DNA from: Lama guanicoe
Lineage: Eukaryota
Assembly: GCA_013239625.1 (NCBI GenBank)
Contig: MU054187.1
Span: 13,176,974 to 13,240,973 of the forward strand
Direction: 5' to 3'
DNA length: 64,000 bases
Shown here: positions 50,060 through 63,303 of the stretch, in pieces
Layout of the letters: the number at the start of each line of letters is the position of its first letter
Position numbering within the stretch: the stretch's first letter is position 1
The notes under the pieces: generated by a model
Database searches by the model: none
Seen by the model: only the letters and a program-made list of their open reading frames with translations
Told to the model about the DNA's origin: nothing
Made by a program: the position numbers and the translations under genes

Positions 50060-52340
50060 TTTTAAAGACCTTTCAGGGAAAAAAAATAGTCTGTCATTTT
50101 CACCATTTCTGTTATTCTTTCTTCATTCCTGATGTTTCATGCTTCCCTCTTAAGCCTGAAAATTTTCTTTTAGCATTTATTTTAGGTCAGATCTGCTGGT
50201 GATACGTTCTCTCAGTTTTCAGTTATCTAAGAATGTCTACCTTGTCTTCATTCCTGAAAGATATGCTTTGCTGAACAAAGAATGACAGTTCTTTCCTTTC
50301 AGCACTTTAAAGATATTGTTCCACTGTCTTCTGGTTTCCATGGCCTCCGATAAGAAATCCATAGTCATTCAAATAATCATTCCCCTCTATGTAATGTATC
50401 CCTCCCTGGCTGCTTTCAAGATTTGTCTTTTTTTTTTTTTTTAACATTTTTTTTTGTTTTATAATCTTTTTTTAATTTTTTATAAAATTCACACAATTTT
50501 TCAGTTATACATGAACATATATGTTCATTGTCACATTTTTTTCTCCATGAGCTACCATAAGATCTTGTGTATATTTCCCTGTGCTCTACAGTATAATCTT
50601 GTTTCTCTATTCTGCAATTTTGAAATCCCAGTCTATAATTAATCAAACTGCTAAAAATCAGTGATAATGATGTGAGTGGGCATGGTTTTCTTTGAGTTTA
50701 TTCTTTTTGGGGATTTTCTGAGTATCTTCAATCTGTAAATTGATTTCTTTCACAAAATTTGGGGATTTTTTGGCAAATGTTTCTTCAAAATTTTTTTTCC
50801 TCTCCTCTTGAGACTCCAATGACCCAAATGTTAGACTTTTTGTTATTGTCTCACAAATCCTTGAGCTCTGATCATATTTTTCAATATTTTCCCTCTTTTT
50901 TCCCCCAGATTAGATTATTTCTCTTGGCCCATCTTCAAGATTGCAGAGCCTTTCCTCTGTTATCTCTGTTTTGTTATTGAGCCTAGCCAGTGAATGTTCT
51001 TACTCCAATTATTGCATTTTTCAATTCTAAAATTTTCATTTGATTCTTTTTCAGTCTTTATTTCCTCGTTGAGAATGTCCATCTTTCTACTCATGTCAAG
51101 AGTGTTCACTATTATCTCACTTTTAAAGACTGTCTAATAATTCCAATATTTGGGTCTTATTGGCACTGGCAACTGTTCATTGTCTTTTTTCTTGGGAATT
51201 TATCAGATATTCCTGAGATTTTTGTTTGTTTCTTTATTTTTGGTATGCAGTTTTGGATTGCATGTTGGGCATTTTGGATATAAGCTTGTTCAAATCCCCT
51301 GGAGAATGCTGATTTGCTTGTTTGTTTTAGGAGGCGCCAAGCCCAGCTGTATTCAGCTCACACATTCTGTCTTGCCTTCTCTCAGCAGTGGTTCCAGTTA
51401 GGTTTTCAAAGCCTTTGCTATGCTGTCTGCATCTGCTCTGCATATGTGTCACTTAGTGGTTAGTCTAAGATTTGGGTGGTAGTTTTTATTATAGCTCAGC
51501 CCCTAAAACTATTGCTAGATTTCTTTGCCACAGCAGCTCAGGGGTTAGCCAGGAACTTGGGTTGGTTGACACATAATTAGGAGATCCCTTTCTCCATCTT
51601 TCTTCTCTCTGAAATATCCCCCACTCTCTCTGGCTTTCAGAAGTCCCTTTTCCTAGGTGTCTGGCTAGAAAGCAGGGGTTCCTTTAAGATATTTATCCCC
51701 CAGCACTGGTCTCATCCTAAGTGCCAAGTAGTGAGATAAAAGAGAGACAAAAACAACAAAGATGAGACTTCCCCACACTCTTCAGACTTCAGGAGCTCCC
51801 TTCTCCCAGTTCTGGCCAGAGAGATGCATTTTCTTTTAGAGATGACCCATGCCACCACCATTACTTGGCAGTGCAATTCCATGACTGGTGCTGCCCTCAA
51901 AAAAGAACCAGAGGAGGACAGAGGGAGGGAGACAGAAGAGTCTCCCTCTTACATATCCTTTAAAGCTCATAGTGTCCACATTTCCCCATCCTCCTCTTGG
52001 AAACAGGGAGCTGTCTCCTGGAAGCCTTGCTATCCACACCTGCTACCATGTTCCAGGACATCAGTTGCCCTCAGGTCAATGTCAAAAGATAAAGGAGGGA
52101 ATAGAGCCCAATAAACTCAATGGCACCTGGTCATTCTCCAGCTTTTGACGTCCTTCCCTAAGCTGCTTGCCATCATTTACTTTCAGAGTGCCCACATAAT
52201 TGCTCTTTTACTCTGTCCAGAGTAGTTAAATGGAATCAGTAGAAGATACGGGCTGCAGTGGGCTTACTCTGTCTCACCTGGCACAAGAAGTTCCTCATCC
52301 TCTTTATGAAAGGTACCCAGCCTCTCGGATTTTCTTCATC
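50060..52340 (-). mobile_element. Ancient L1M ORF1 plus 5' region, interrupted by a young L1 tail
   Basis: Antisense ORF1 motifs (cagatctgctggtgat..ttctctcagtttt, tcagcactttaaagatattgttccactgtcttctgg, gagactccaatgacccaaatgttagac) continuing into 5' UTR-like sequence. Confidence 0.75.
50428..50639 (-). mobile_element. Young lineage-specific L1 3' end
   Basis: Poly(T) then cacaatttttcagttatacatgaac..cattgtcacatttttttctccatgagctaccataagatcttgtgtatatttccctgtgct; same family as 63862-64000. Confidence 0.85.
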
Positions 52341-55300
52341 TCTGTCTCCTGTCCCCAGTTCTCTCCAAGATGATCTGGGTGACTGGGGAGATGAGTGTGT
52401 ATTTGAGTATATAAATGTGTGCATGCATCTGCACGTGTGCATGTGTGCATTCTGCATAATCTAATGTTAGCAGTAGAGTATGAGGGCCCTCATATTCTTG
52501 TCTGTGCCCTCTGGGTGTCTGCAGATAGGCTGATGTGGTTCTATGAACCAGTGCCCATTGGGTGCTACTGGTACCTCTGGCATTTTGGGGCAAGGTTTTG
52601 GTTCACTTCTTGGAGTCCACGGTACCAATTATTTCCCACTGGTATCAAAGTCCTCACCTATTTCATCTTATATCTTGTGATCATGAGCCTTTCCTGCACC
52701 CTCTCTGTGCCCCAGGAGAACCAAAAATGAGTTGGGTTCACCCTTTTACCTGTCTGCCTCCTGACACCTCCTCTCCTTGGCCCCTGCGCCAAGAAACATC
52801 ACAAGTGGGGCTTCTTCCAGGGGCTTACAACCGCCCCCATGTGTCCAGGGAACCAAGTCACCTGGCCCATTCTTCTCGGGGAATTATCTGAAGAGTGTGT
52901 TGTAAAGGAGATCTGTGCATCACAGGCTATCTCTAACCTCAGACCTATCCCCACTCTGAGATCCCATAATTCTGGAAATGTGAGAAGGCAAGGAAGTATC
53001 CACATTCAAGGTCTTTTAATTCTGAAGTAGTAATTCTGATCTTGCTCATTGCCTTTGTTTCCCATCGGGAAAAAACGAGAGGACTAGTGAAGGTGATCAC
53101 TATTACTTTTTCAGTTCTAAGATCCTCTGAGCCTACAATCTGCTGTACATGATGATTTTATATAGTTCAGTTTCAAGTCAATTCAGCAAATATCCACTGC
53201 TTGCCAACTACACACTGGGCCCCACGCAAGGCACTGAGATCGTGGCTTCGCTCAGTCTCCTCAGGGTCTGAGAGGTAATGTGGCTTCAATGTGGTTTTAA
53301 CACTGTGTGAAAAACCAAAACTAGCACATTCCACAATGCACAGTTTCTATTTTGTGCTGACTGATGTCACCAAATAGTTACTTGCTGGCTTGGTGTGTAA
53401 TTCTTCCTGAAGAAGGCATTCGGACAATAAAAACTTGAAATCCACACAGCCCTCTTCATCTGCATGACTACAAGGATGTGAAGAGGTGTTAGATTAATCT
53501 AAACAGCCACTCAAAAGGCATCCTAAAACAGTCAACCTCAAGGCACAAATGGAAAGATGTCTCTTTAAGAAGTTGTGGAGAAATGACATGGTGGCAGATT
53601 CCTGCTTCCTACTGAGATGAATAAAACATGGTACTTCTTCATTTTTTTTAAAAAACCAATAGTGATTATATGCAAAAAGGGTCCCTGAGAAGAACCCTCT
53701 CAAATGCATTTATTTTCTGTTGTAAAGTGATATGTAAAAATGGTAACTCTTGTAAAGTCACATGTTGTAAAATTTATATGTAAAACATAAGATTACAACT
53801 AACTACCCAAAATTCAGGCAACGAAATTTTGTATTCACTCAAATTATGCTTTAAGAATAAGATTTTCTATCACTGGTTTTCTCCTCCACCCCATCTCTGA
53901 GGTTATCCCCTCTGAGCACTGTTTATTGAACGCAGTCATGGGGTGGAAAGTAAACAAACCAAGAAGATGCAGGTGTGTGATGTGATGAAATCTGATAGAG
54001 CCCACAGTCCCGGAGGAAAATAAACAGCAGCCATTGATTTAAATGAACTTAAGTGTTGTCTGTAACCCTAAGGTCGCTATCCTTCCTTTCCCCCTTCCTT
54101 TATCTTCTACACATATGCATTTAAGTGACACATAAACATTTGGACTTACAGGTGAGTTGGGAGCAATTCCTCAGAAACATAATAGAACTCACTCATCATA
54201 GAAAATTCAAAATTAATAACGCCAAGGGTGATAGCTCATTAATCAGTATCAACAAGCAAATTTGTCCAAATCTGCCACCCATGATGGAAGGCCGACCCAT
54301 TGGATCGGTCTTGCAGTATCACTCATTTTTAGAAGGTACCTTTGAGAAAGCATTGCCTTTGAAAACAATGAAACAAGCCAGATCATTGTGTATACGATGA
54401 CTCTAAGAGAATCACAGAAAATACACATTTCTTTCAGTTGAACCCACCAAACTTGCCTCGATTTACAGTAATTCTCTTCCTTGTCCTACTCTTTTAACAC
54501 AATAGTTGATTTGAAATTTCTCAAAGTCATTTTTGCTTGGTTGGCTGTGACAACTTTCATTTCAGTCAACAATATTTGGCCATAGTGTTCAGAAAAAAAT
54601 GGATTACCTTTATATTATAAATCCGTCTTCCAATTTCAGATAATGGCAAGTAGTAGCCCCTGACGGTGCCACTTTTAATCTCTATTAACATATCTATTAC
54701 ATCTTCCAGGTCAGTATCCCATGGAACACTACAGGAAGGTAACAAGTATTTCAGAGTTTTCTCTATTATACCTGTGCACCTTTAAGATGCTGAGAGGAAC
54801 AGAGGAGTCTAGGGTGTGAGATTTCTTATCCTTATTTAACCACAGTTTTTCTTTGTTGTCACCTACGGATGCCTCTAGAAACAAGTTTTTTAGTGATACT
54901 TAGGAAAGTGAACAAAGATACAGGAAAAACTAACACAAGACCCCAAACTAGCATAATATAAATATTTCTTGGTCTTTCTCCTCCTTTAAGGCTCATCTCA
55001 GCATAGTGTCACATTCTCAAGAAATAAATCTAGTCCTCAAATACCGTTCAAAGTAATGCATTTTCTTCTGAAGTTATTTAGGGACACTGAGGAGAGGATT
55101 GCAAGGCACGAAACACAGCAAAACTTCCTTAAAATCCAATTTATATTCCCTTCCCCAGTTGCTATGCCTCATGGCATCACCACAAATCTCTCTCTAACCT
55201 GTCCTTTGTCCCCACCCCTCATCCTCCCTCTCAGTTATTTTCCCCTTCTAAGCATTTGCAAGCTCAGTAATGCTGTGCAAACCACCTCATTTGCATCCTC

Positions 55301-55768
55301 CTCTATTTCACCCTTCAGCCAAGCAAAGGGAAATTTCTTTGGACTCATCCTATTTTAAAGACCAGAGAGAGAACTGCAAATATTAACCCAATAAGAGGAT
55401 TCTTTAGGCAAGAGTAGGGGATTAACTGGGTCCTTTTATTTATTTATTTTTTTTCTTGTTCTAACCTCACCTAGGAAAAAAGGAAAAATGGAAGTATGTA
55501 GTTTCTTTTACCAGTTACTCCTACTCCCTTCTCTCCAGGAAGAAGTAGCCAGACTTTCACGTCAAAGGGATGTTTTTCAGGGCCAAGTGGAAGTAGAGTT
55601 TCTTGGAAGATAATATCTTCTCTTTGAGGGCTGGGCCAGTTTGTGGCTAGGAAACAATCAGTGTTTTCAGTCTAAATAGGGTGGGCGGGAAGGGGCCAGG
55701 GCTGGGGGATGCTTTGGGGCACTCAGAGGAAGCCTGCCTGAGAAGCCTGAATACTGCTGACATCAGCT

Positions 55769-56015
55769 AGGGCCATCAGTAGCCCATACTATGCTGTCTT
55801 TAAAAAAATGAGGAAGGGACACTCTCTCCTTAAGACATTGTCTCTATCTGTCAAAAAATTTGGGTACTAGAAATTTTGTTAGAACAAGAGACTTCACCGC
55901 CATCTGATGAAAAATTTGTTGCAATAAATATGTGTATCTATGATGTCAACGGTGCATATGGTGCCCCCTTGGCTCGTGCAGTACCCAACCTGCACAACTG
56001 TCGATGACGGCCCCC
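55769..56015 (-). mobile_element. MER91-like hAT-Tip100 MITE
   Basis: gtgcagtacccaacctgcacaactgtcgatgacggccc is the reverse complement of the MER91 terminus; agggcc at the other end. Confidence 0.55.
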
Positions 56016-56444
56016 GTTCTAGCCTTGGAAGCTGTGGCGAGTCTCTCTGTGCTGTGTATCAGGGGATAGTACCTTGACGGCAAAATTGGAAGCCTACCTT
56101 GTGTCTGAGAGGACACTGTTTAGCAGAAGAAGCAATGTTCAAAATGGGGGCTACTGAGAACGAAGGAAAAGGCCCTCACCTGGAGACCAGGTTTTCAAGA
56201 GAAAGCCCCAGGATCCAATCCAAAAAACAGTGTGGAGGAGCCCTGGGAGGGATTTCCTCTGATGGTAAGACAGAGGTTCCACTAGGAAAAGGAACAGGAG
56301 TGGCTGTTCTTTGCTTCTCCTCTGAGAAGAGGGGAGGCGCCGTCTGCCCCCTGACTCTGTGCAGGGTCAGCAGCCTGTACCCCCAGGACCTACAACACCA
56401 CTGGCTGCCACTGTTCTGCCACCTGGGTGCCGGCATGCCTGCTG

Positions 56445-56685
56445 GAGTGTAGAGTCAAGAGAGCGGCTTTCAGAACCAGACCTCCCAGGTTCAGGGGCTG
56501 GCTCCACTACTCACCACAAAGAGCTTGACTCTCTCTGCCCCAGTTTCCTCATCTGTAAAATGAGGATAATAAGAGAATCTACCTTATAGAGTTGGCGTGA
56601 AGATTCAATGAGGTTTTCAGGGAGTGTGCACAATATACAGAACATGGCATGGCGCATGGTGGTGCCGGATCTTGCTACTGTTATC
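56445..56685 (+). mobile_element. MIR (MIRb-like) SINE
   Basis: Core ctctctgccccagtttcctcatctgtaaaatgaggataataa..ctaccttatagagttg..gtgaagattcaatgag. Confidence 0.9.
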
Positions 56686-57889
56686 CCCGGCCAGCTTAAT
56701 CCCAAGCAGTTCCATTCACCGGAAGACTGAAACTCCCAGAAAATGTAAGGAGTAAAGTCAGGGGGGTGAGTGGGTGAGACGGGGGAAAGGGAGACTGAGG
56801 GGGTTACTGCCTCCCAAGAGCACAGAAGGCAGAGGCAGACAGAGAAAGACGGCACTGCATGTGCTATGGGTGGAAATATTGCAGATATTTGGTTCAGTGC
56901 TTTAGAAACTGGGAGAAAGGAAGAAATGATCCCACTGAGCAGAGCATGCCTATCCTTGGTAAACACCCATGGGCCAATAAGCCTGGTCTGGAAGCTGGAC
57001 ACGTTACCCTACCCCTTGCTATAAAACTGGAAGGGTGTTTGCCCATGAACAATGGGCAAAACCAAGGAAAAGTCAGAATCCAGTCCTTTAGCAAAGGCGA
57101 GAGCTCACTGTAGAATCAGCAAAGAGTTGGAACAGCAATGGCTTATCAAAGAGTGCGTTAAGCGGCAGGCACTACAGCAAGCCCTTCCACGGGTTAGCTC
57201 CCTAAATTCTGGGATCAACTTTTAATACTTTCATTGTCCAAAGTCACATGGTTGCACATAAGTAGAGAAGCTAGTTTAAGATTTACTAGCAAAAAGTTAA
57301 AAAAGGCATATTCTTTTCCTATCTCCATATTCGTCAGATCTTCATACTTCTTTACCCATTTCTTATGAATGAGGCTTAAAGTTTTCATTACTATTACAGC
57401 TCTTACAAAATGCAACTTTTTTTTCTTAGTTTTTTTTTTTTAAATCTAACCAAGCTATATCTGCTGAAAATTTTCCCAATTCCTGTCTTATTTTTGCTTT
57501 GGCCAGATTTTTCCCTACTTTGATTTCTTATGAAGCTTGAAGTACAATTTCTTGGGCTACAAGCCAAAGAAAATATGTGCAACCTCTTTCTTTTCCTTCT
57601 TTAAACATCTCTGGAAACTGGTGAAGTTTAGTTTAAAAATTTCCTTTCCTAATTATGTTCAAATTTTTGTATTTTTGCTATTTTTCCTGTATAACCTCAT
57701 TAGCAAAGAGGAATTGAAAATTGATACAGTCTAAATCAAAGTTTTTTTCTTATATAATTGAGTTATCCTCACATAATCAGGGATTAAAAATGAAGCAAAA
57801 TTCATTATACAGATACCTTTATGGTATGTTGTTTTATTAATAAATCTTTCCATTCAGTGGGACTTTTTTTAATCCCAAAGGATTAATTT

Positions 57890-58215
57890 CCTCTAAACAT
57901 ATTTAAAAACTAATTTTTCATCTTCTACCCAATTGTTCCCATACAGAAGCTCCTACTCAAATATCAGTTTTATCACAGTAGAGTCAGCATTGTTTGGTTC
58001 CCTAAACTTCGGATCCTATTTTTTTCCTTCTCTTGCTATATTCAGTCACTATAAAATCTTGCCATTTCTACGTGCATATCTCTTGCTTTTATATTTCATG
58101 CCTATCACTGTTGCCCAAGCTTCCATCATTGCCAGATCCTCCACCTCTACTACATCAATGTCTTAGCTGGTTCTCCTTTTACTCTCTTGATCTGTCTCAA
58201 TGGACTGTCCATTTA
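57890..58215 (+). mobile_element. L2 fragment
   Basis: ctaaacatatttaaaaactaatttttcatctt..atattcagtcactataaaatcttgccatttcta..cccaagcttccatcat. Confidence 0.5.
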
Positions 58216-58244
58216 GCTATAGGCTCAGTCACCATCAAACATTT

Positions 58245-58878
58245 CATGGCCATCATCAAAAAGTCTACAAATAGTAATTACTGGAGAAGGTGTGGATTAA
58301 AAATCTACACTGTTGGTGTAGTTTGGTGCAGCCACTATGGAAAACAGTATGGAGCTTCCTTAAAAAACTAAAAATAGAGTTACCATATGATCCAGCAATC
58401 CCACTCCTGGGCATATATCTAGAGAAAACTCTAATTCGAAAAGATTCATGCACCCCAATGTTCAAAGCAGCACTATTTACAATAGCCAAGATATGGAAGC
58501 AACCTAAATGTCCGTCTACAGATGACTAGATAAAGAAGATGTGGAATATATATATATATATGAATACTACTCAGCCATAAAAGAGAATGAAATAATGTCA
58601 TTTGCAGCAACATGGATGAACCCACAGATTATCATACTAAGTGAAGTCAGTCATACAGAGAAAGACAAATATCATGATATCACTTATATGTGGAATCTAG
58701 GAAAATGATATACATGAACTTATTTACAAAACAGAAATAAACTCACAGACATAGAAAACAAACTTAGGGTTACCAAAGAGGAAAGGAAGGAGAAGGATAA
58801 ATTAGGAGTTTGGGATGAACAGATGCACATATCATATATAAAACAGATAAACATCAAGGTCCTATCATACAGCACAGG
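58245..58878 (+). mobile_element. Lineage-specific L1, ORF2 end plus partial 3' UTR, lacking the terminal tail
   Basis: atggccatcatcaaaaagtctacaaat..cagccactatggaaaacagtatggag..taccatatgatccagcaatcccactcctgggcatatat; decayed ORF2 C-terminus visible in the ORF track ([31 protein letters not shown]). Confidence 0.93.
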
Positions 58879-60194
58879 AGGGAAGGGGGCCCTGGCCCAG
58901 ATATGCAAAAGTGTGAAGTGCAGACTTGGGGGTCTGCTTTCTGGTTTTGAGGCAAAATAACCCACTTGGATTTATAGGGATCTCACAATCAAGTTCCACT
59001 CCAATACTGCCCCCTCCAGGGGAGTGCAGTGAAAACCTCGCCTTACCTGGAAAACTGAGAAGCAGGTAGTAAGGGGGGCCTGTCAACAGAACACATGTGC
59101 TAGTCTCAAGACTCAATTAACTGCTCACAGGCTGCTAGCAGGATGCAACAGGCCACAACACGCAGCACAAACTCTGCTAAACAGTCCTGCTTTCTGAATA
59201 GTTAGGAAACATGAACAGTGAACAGCAGTCTAAATACCTGTGGGCAGATGATTACATTACACGAAGCAAACAATCCCCGATCACCATCATTATTACTGGA
59301 TAGAAAGGTTTTTAGTGTTTATTATTCACAATTGACATCGTTAGTACATAAAGAAAAATGTGCCGACTAGGAACTCTTTAAAACAAATTCACTCTGTTTT
59401 AATAGCTGCAACTCCTGAAGGGTTGCCAAAGAGCTTGGTTTCAGTTATAAAATTATTTATAAAGCATTAAATAAGTTTGCTTAATAAGTCAAATATTATA
59501 ATAATGGAGATTAAATGAACTTCTACACTGAATGCACATTGCATATGTTAATAAATACACCCTAAAATAATATAAATTATTCTTCGCTAGGATTTGGGAT
59601 GCCAAAGTCAAGCTATCTGTATACTCTCTGAAGTACTCCTCAGCCCAAGCATGTTAAATAAAGCTTGAAATTTAAACTTTTGTTTTCCTACTAGAGAAAT
59701 ACGTAAAGCTGCTTTAAGTCAGGTAATGAGGAAGGCATGCTTATGTGGCAAACGTTGTTGCTTTCATCACTAATATTGAGACATTATTTAAAAATAATAC
59801 TCTGAGAGCAATGGTTCTGAGTTTACCTGGTGGATTGAAACTCAATTCTGAAAATGACCTTTGGGAGATGGTGTGAAGGTAGCACTTTGCGGAAATTTGC
59901 AAGCATGATAGGTACTTCCTGAACCCCAGGCCACAGAGGTGGCCAGTGTTAGGTGCTGGCTTCAAGAGAGGATGAGAGACTGGAGAAGCCCTGGGTCCAC
60001 TTGGAAGAGGCCAGGACCTGAGGAAAGGGTGGCTCCTCAGTGGATCAGCTGAAGTGTGGTATCAGAGATAAGCCCTCAAAAAGGCTGGTCTGACCTATGT
60101 ATAACTTTTTGGCTGGGTTTTTTTTTTTCATTTTAAATGTGATTTCTATTTAGTTTTTAAATTGGTAATTTATTCTGTGATTTGAAAGGACAAA

Positions 60195-60633
60195 AGGACT
60201 GATAGTAGCCTCCCAATGTACATTCTTGCTTTCTTCCTTACTTCAGCCTTAAAGTACATTTCCTAGAAGCCCCTTGGGAAACGAGGTGTGGCCACATCCT
60301 TAAGGTGTAGTCAGTGACCTGCAGTGAGAGTGCTGGGTAAAACTTCTGGGAGGCCTCCTGAAAATGGAGGGGCTTCTCCTTCCTTCCTCCGCCCTGCTTC
60401 CTGGAAGGGGGTCTGATGGTGGCGCCATGAGGACACAGGTCACAACCTGAGAGGGTGGAGGGCAGAGGCTGGAAAAGTCTAGGGGGTCTAACTTTATGGA
60501 GCTGTAGCAACAGTCCTAGAGTGCCTACCTCTGGACTTTATTCACATGGGAGAGAAATTCGTTTCTCTGTCTTGCTTAAGCCTTGGTTATTTTTCTTTTT
60601 TGTTTAAATGCAGCCAAACCAAATTTGAGTAAT
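60195..60633 (+). mobile_element. MLT1J-like MaLR LTR
   Basis: tacatttcc..ggtgtggccac..aacttctggga..tgcctacctctggacttt..catgggagagaaat..cttgcttaagcc..tgcagccaaac. Confidence 0.75.
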
Positions 60634-60819
60634 GAAAAGCCTCCCTTTTGCCAGGCTTCAAACAATGTATTTCTCTCTCTTCTGAAGATATTTTAGCTGG
60701 TAGCATATACAGGTGTGTGCATGTGCACATCTGTAAGAATGTGTATGTATCTTGGGAAATAATTCTTATCAATACCTCTTCATTCTCTTTTGGGGTTGGA
60801 GATTTCAAGTAGATTGAAG

Positions 60820-61092
60820 TAATTGTAAAGTATTGATGAACATTTAGGTCATTTCCAATCTTTGACCATTACAAATAATTCTGTAATAGATAACTTTGTA
60901 CCTCTTCTGTTTAGATCCTGAGAGTTTATCTGTAGGATAAATTCCTGGAAGTCAGAGCACTAGGTCAAAGAGGATGTGCATTTGCAATTTTGACAGCTGC
61001 CCTTAGTAGATTTCATACTGATTCATCTTTTTAGTAGCAACGTGTGATAGTGCCCTCTCCCCCACATCCTTGCTGACATGGTGTTATCAAAG
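60820..61092 (-). mobile_element. L1ME fragment
   Basis: ttgatgaacatttaggtcatttccaatc..tgtaggataaattcctggaag..ggtcaaagaggatgtgcattt..ccacatccttgc. Confidence 0.75.
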
Positions 61093-61784
61093 AAGGCTGG
61101 ATACACTTTCTTTCTGGAGCTGCTCAGGGAAGAAGGAAGGGAAGACTGAGGGAAAGTTGGGAGAGAGGGAGGAAGGAAGGTTTAGGCTGAGATGCAAGTA
61201 TAAGCTTTACCTCCATGACTGTCCGTGTTGCATGGAAGCATGCGCCATTGAGGGCACATGAATTGGAAGAGACAGCCTTTTAGTTATCTAAATTTAGTTC
61301 TGTTATGGAGGAGTTGTAAAGCTGAGCGTATAGGACTTAATCAGACAGCTTAAAAGCCATGGAGTGAATTGTGGTACATGTGAAGCATCTACCAGAGATT
61401 AATCTGTGGCGTGATCGACATGTTCTTGTTATCTCATCTTACGAGGTGTGGTACTTGCACTGATGTCGTGGTTTGGAACTGAAGAGCTCAGTCTCTTCAG
61501 GAGTCTCTGCAGGAGGCTCGGAGGGCACCAGGCGGGAGGCTGCATGCCAGGGATTCTGGGAGAGCCAGTGTGGCACTGAACAAGAGCTCACCCACTTCCT
61601 TGTAAGACAGGAACCAAATCTAGCTCTGGGCCAAATCTTGCAGCTGAGGCACCACCCAGGAGCCTGTCCACCCTTCTTTCCCCGCTTTCACTGCAAGCTC
61701 ACCCCCTGGGCTCAGCATGTTTGTGTTCCCGGAGGGGGCTGTAAAAGATGTCACAGCACAAGTGAGGCAAGCAGGCTCACTTGA

Positions 61785-62005
61785 AAAGCACTAGCACCTA
61801 TTATGGGCCAGGAATGGTTCTAAACACTTGTTACATATTAACACACTGACCTGCATCACCAACCTGCAAGTAACACAACTACTTACCATCATCTACATTT
61901 TATTAGGAATTGAAGCACAAAATGGTGAAGTCAAGATCATGCAGCTAGTGAGGGCTAGAGCTAGGATTCGCCTCTAAACTGAGTCTGCGGGCTTCACCCC
62001 ACACG
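61785..62005 (-). mobile_element. MIR SINE
   Basis: agcacctattatgggccagg..ttctaaacact..cattttattagga..caagatcatgcagctagtgag..gagctaggattc. Confidence 0.7.
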
Positions 62006-63092
62006 ATCACTGATCACTGCGTGCCTTTTTCTGGGTGGCCAGTGGGACAGTGCTAGGATCAGATGCACTGCTGGTTTCTTAATAGTCTCTGTGTACCTGG
62101 CGTCTCTCTCAGTATCTGGTAACCCCTGCTTTTCTCCCAAAAGCACATGGCCTGAGGGGACAATTAAATAGCTGCTTCCATTGTGCTCTGAGGAGGAAGA
62201 TCCAAGAGAATCAACACGAGATGCTGCTCAAGGCAGAGGAAAGAGAAAAAAACAAGCGAACCCAAGAGGGAAGAGTCAGCACAAGAATGAAAAAGACAAA
62301 ACAGTAGAAAAGGGAGCAGCAACGTGGACCTGAATGTAATTGCATTTTTGATCCTGGAAATAACAGCAATGGATGGGCGTGCGAAACTGTGAAATGCACT
62401 CAAATCCTTATCTCACTCACAACACTCAGACGTCAACAGGAGGACCAGTCAGGGTACCAAACTAACAGCTTAAAAGCTCTGCGACCTTTGTGCTTATCCC
62501 TGTCACTGTTCCTGAGTTTGTTCCCCTTTGGGAACCTAAAGTTTTAGCTGAGTCATGTACAGAGCCCAGGGGCTGCCTGGCCTGAGCCAGGGGCTTTTGA
62601 ACCCCACCCATCTATCCACCCCCCTCCTCAGCCACACAAAAGAAACAGACAATTTAAGGAAAAGTAACGTGCTTCCAGGAAAATTTCTCTAGTCCTCCCT
62701 TCCAACCCAAAATTGTGGCTCCTAGACTGCTTATTTATAAATATTCTGAGATGACTTGGTGTCTCGTTGCTCTATGCTGGCCACAAAGACTATTCTAGCG
62801 GCTCCCAATCTACGGTCTTCAACATGAGGGATGCTATCAGAATACTGCGACACAATATACATCTTACGATTGTCATCATCTTTACAGGCACAAGGAAATG
62901 ATACACATTATTCAAAGGTGAAATCTGGAGTAAGCATTCGCCAACAGAAATAAGCACAATTTTCATAAGCACACGCATATTCCAAGTATAAAAAAGTACA
63001 ATTCCTGCTCTTCCCATCTCTCACAGAATTCTCTCTGCCATCTCTAGAAGGTATCTTGTTCTTCTCCCACGGTTCCCCATTTTTATTTCTAG

Positions 63093-63303
63093 ACATCATG
63101 GATAAACGGCTGCATTCGAAGAGCTGTGCCACCAACCAATCCTATGACTAAAGCTGTGCGGTTTGGGGGCGACGCTTGCATTGAAATGAAATACCAGAGG
63201 ATGGAACTTGCCACTGTGATGAGAAGGGGACCAGCGAGGGCAACAAACCTACAACACAACCCGAGGATTTCTAAGCAAAAACTGCGATTTGTTTTAAGGA
63301 AAG
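63093..63303 (+). other. Candidate spliced exon with one fully open frame
   Basis: Acceptor ttccccatttttatttctag and donor AAG|GTAATT; 211 nt; frame 1 has no stop; peptide not recognised. Confidence 0.25.

Noticed and set aside
56511..57113. Overlapping 66-163 aa ORFs on both strands
   Set aside because: They partly overlap a MIR, have no recognisable domain and no exon structure; consistent with chance in GC-richer DNA
58290..58529. ORF with a recognisable peptide ([20 protein letters not shown])
   Set aside because: Decayed L1 ORF2 C-terminus within a truncated L1, not a host gene
59008..59020. CTCF-like motif tgccccctccagg
   Set aside because: A single partial motif with no other support
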